Source: Parasitella parasitica NRRL 2501 (Eukaryota; Fungi; Mucoromycota). From it: a stretch of 64,000 nucleotides of DNA. The DNA is taken from NCBI GenBank assembly GCA_025201805.1, contig MU619288.1, positions 1 to 64,000 of the forward strand, given 5' to 3'. How positions within the stretch are numbered: position 1 is the first letter of the stretch; every line of letters starts with the position of its first letter. The position numbers were made by a program, and so were the translations under genes. The notes beneath the pieces were generated by a model. It was not told where the DNA came from, made no database searches, and worked only from the letters and a program-made list of their open reading frames with translations. Shown here in pieces: positions 62,066 to 64,000 of this stretch.

Positions 62066-64000
62066 ATGCAAAAATACGATGACCGTTTAACATTCCTTTT
62101 ACCGAGACCTGTTTGGGTCAACGACATGGATGTTACTTACTGCTCTTCTTGTAATAACGCTTTTGGGCCATTAAAAAGAAGGGTAAGGAGGAGCTATAAA
62201 AAACGTATCTATTTTAACAAAATCTCATCTACTTTGTACAGCATCACTGTAGAAACTGGTAAATCATGATTGCGTTATATACTGACAACTAGCAGCTAAT
62301 ATTATTTGCGACAAGCGGAAACATATTCTGTCATGATTGCTCAACTCGCAAGGTTCCCTTACCTCAACTCGGCTATGGCACAAAACCAGTTCGAGTTTGC
62401 AACGGATGTTTCGATGTTGCTTACCTTGTAACTTATGCTATTGATGAAGATCATGGATTAAGCACTCAGGTAATGCTACGTCGATTAATCATATATACTG
62501 GTATTCATATCAACGTTTATAACATGCTACCATAGATGCACGGTGTGCGAGGGTTATTAGAACTAACCGAAAAGGATGATGGTAACAAACTCCAAAAATC
62601 AAGGGGAAATTTCGTTTCACTCAACGTTGATAACTAATAGAAAAAGATTTACACAACATGGTGGCATATGGTGGTGTTGATGCTCTTATTTGGCTGTGTC
62701 GCTCATCAAAAAGCATCCAACTCCATCATTTGACTACGACTATTTTAGCCATGCTGGCAGAAAAAGGTTCGAAAAAAAAAAAAAAGAATGCAACACCAAG
62801 CTATTAAATTTACTGACATTTCCCAATGTAGAGTCAATCCGACCTGTAATTATCACCAAATGGGCTCTACCCCCATTACTATTCCTAATTCGATATTATA
62901 CCAATGTTGAATCATCTCTAAGGAACAAGAAATCACCTGCAAATTCAACTCACTTAAGCATCAAGACACCCAGTCTAACCAGCAACCCATCGTCCATCTC
63001 TGCTGCAGACGAATCCACTGCTACCAGCCCAGTTGAATCTCGTCAAAGCATCATCTTGGAAATTGTAATCAACTGCACACACATTTTGTATCAACTTTCG
63101 AGGGCTGGCATTCTTAGCTTAAAAGAAGTAGTTTCAGATGGTGTGTTCGATACACTGTTCATGCTGGCTTCTTTTAATATCCATAATTTACAATTGGAAA
63201 AGGGTACTTGCTCTGACGAAATTCCTTCAACAGTAGAGGACGAGCAGCAAGTGCTGGATAGAGTTGTTATCATACAAAATCTTGCTGCAAAGGCGATATC
63301 TGCGATTAGTTCACTGGTTTCATTTCAAGCGGATATTATAGAATTAATCCAAAAAACAAATCATTTATCAAGTTTGCTGAGATACTCTAATGACGAAGTT
63401 TGCAAATACATGGCAAAGACTGTAGCTTATTTGTCACTTCGCAATGGTAAGGAGGACAAGTTCAATAACTGGGGCTTTTTTTTTTTTTACCAACTTTTGA
63501 CTATTTTGCGTCTTCACAGATAAATACAAACCTGTTCTTTTGTGTGGTGATGGGGCCAAGTCCCTTGTTTCAATTCTTGTAGTCTTACCGCAGAAAATCA
63601 ATGGCAGCAGCAAAGGAAAAACAAGAGCTGCTGACCTAGCGTATTATTTATCAAAGAATGTAGCAGATGTTGAAAAGTTTGATGATGATAAAAGAAAGGA
63701 GCAAGAAGGCAAATCTCAAATACAGGCCTTGAATCCAGCAGCAGTTTCACATGCATGTTGTGCATTGGTAACGTGCAACAAGTTGTCAATCTGATACGGT
63801 CTTGACTTATTCTTTACTTTAGGCAAACTTCGCTACAAATAGTGAGTTTTGTTTTGTATCAGCATGAGCGAAACATTAATAATGTATCATTTTAGATGAA
63901 TCACAAATTAACTTGATGTCGCAGCCTCACCTCCTTGAGTATATATGTAATGTGTGCCATGTTTTTCCGCAAAACATTGAAATACATCGTCATGTAGCTC
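62066..64000 (+). CDS. FYVE zinc finger plus armadillo-like repeat protein, multi-exon, runs off the window end
   Basis: WVND..C..C...F...KRR|HHCRNC|GNIFCHDCS..RVCNGC (the HHCRNC segment is a micro-exon at about 62242-62258), then ARM-like repeats (GGVDALIWL, ALPPLLFL, HACCALANFA). Confidence 0.88.

Noticed and set aside
1-64000. tRNA, rRNA, CRISPR array or biosynthetic gene cluster
   Set aside because: No cloverleaf or T-loop, rRNA, spaced-repeat array or PKS/NRPS/terpene backbone gene was recognised by eye.

Overview
Gene-dense, intron-rich fungal genomic DNA. The style is that of an early-diverging fungus, most likely Mucorales: short GT-AG introns, long poly-A/T tracts next to assembly gaps, and retained COP1 and muskelin genes. 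About 25 spliced protein-coding genes can be reconstructed: trifunctional HIS4, a TLDc protein, COP1, GDT1, muskelin, a minimal Zn2Cys6 factor, kynureninase, DJ-1/PfpI, RPL2, an Ecl1-like protein, a GPI-anchored Ser/Thr-rich protein, a DUF4203 membrane protein, a PWWP protein, MPDU1, a hotdog thioesterase, RRP42, a GT2-like enzyme, MCM7, a CYS-3/MetR/Zip1-type bZIP, GPALPP1, a ZZ/EF-hand protein, a Nit2/3 amidase and a FYVE-ARM protein. There are also relics of Tc1/mariner (DD34E) and L1-like elements. The most notable observation is missing from the ORF track. A frameshifted, internally deleted relic of a Met30/SCON-2/SconB F-box WD40 gene lies directly upstream of, and in tandem with, the CYS-3/MetR-type bZIP that this F-box family normally degrades. 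This suggests a physically linked sulfur-regulation activator/repressor module. Other candidates are a solo-LTR-like insert with a 5-bp TSD nested in a Tc1 transposase, an intergenic structured-RNA hairpin, a long-range stem in the RPL2 5'UTR intron, uORFs on the ecl1-like and metR-like genes, and an orphan PIP-degron-like protein under an MCB element. All family assignments come from recognising motifs by eye; no searches were run.
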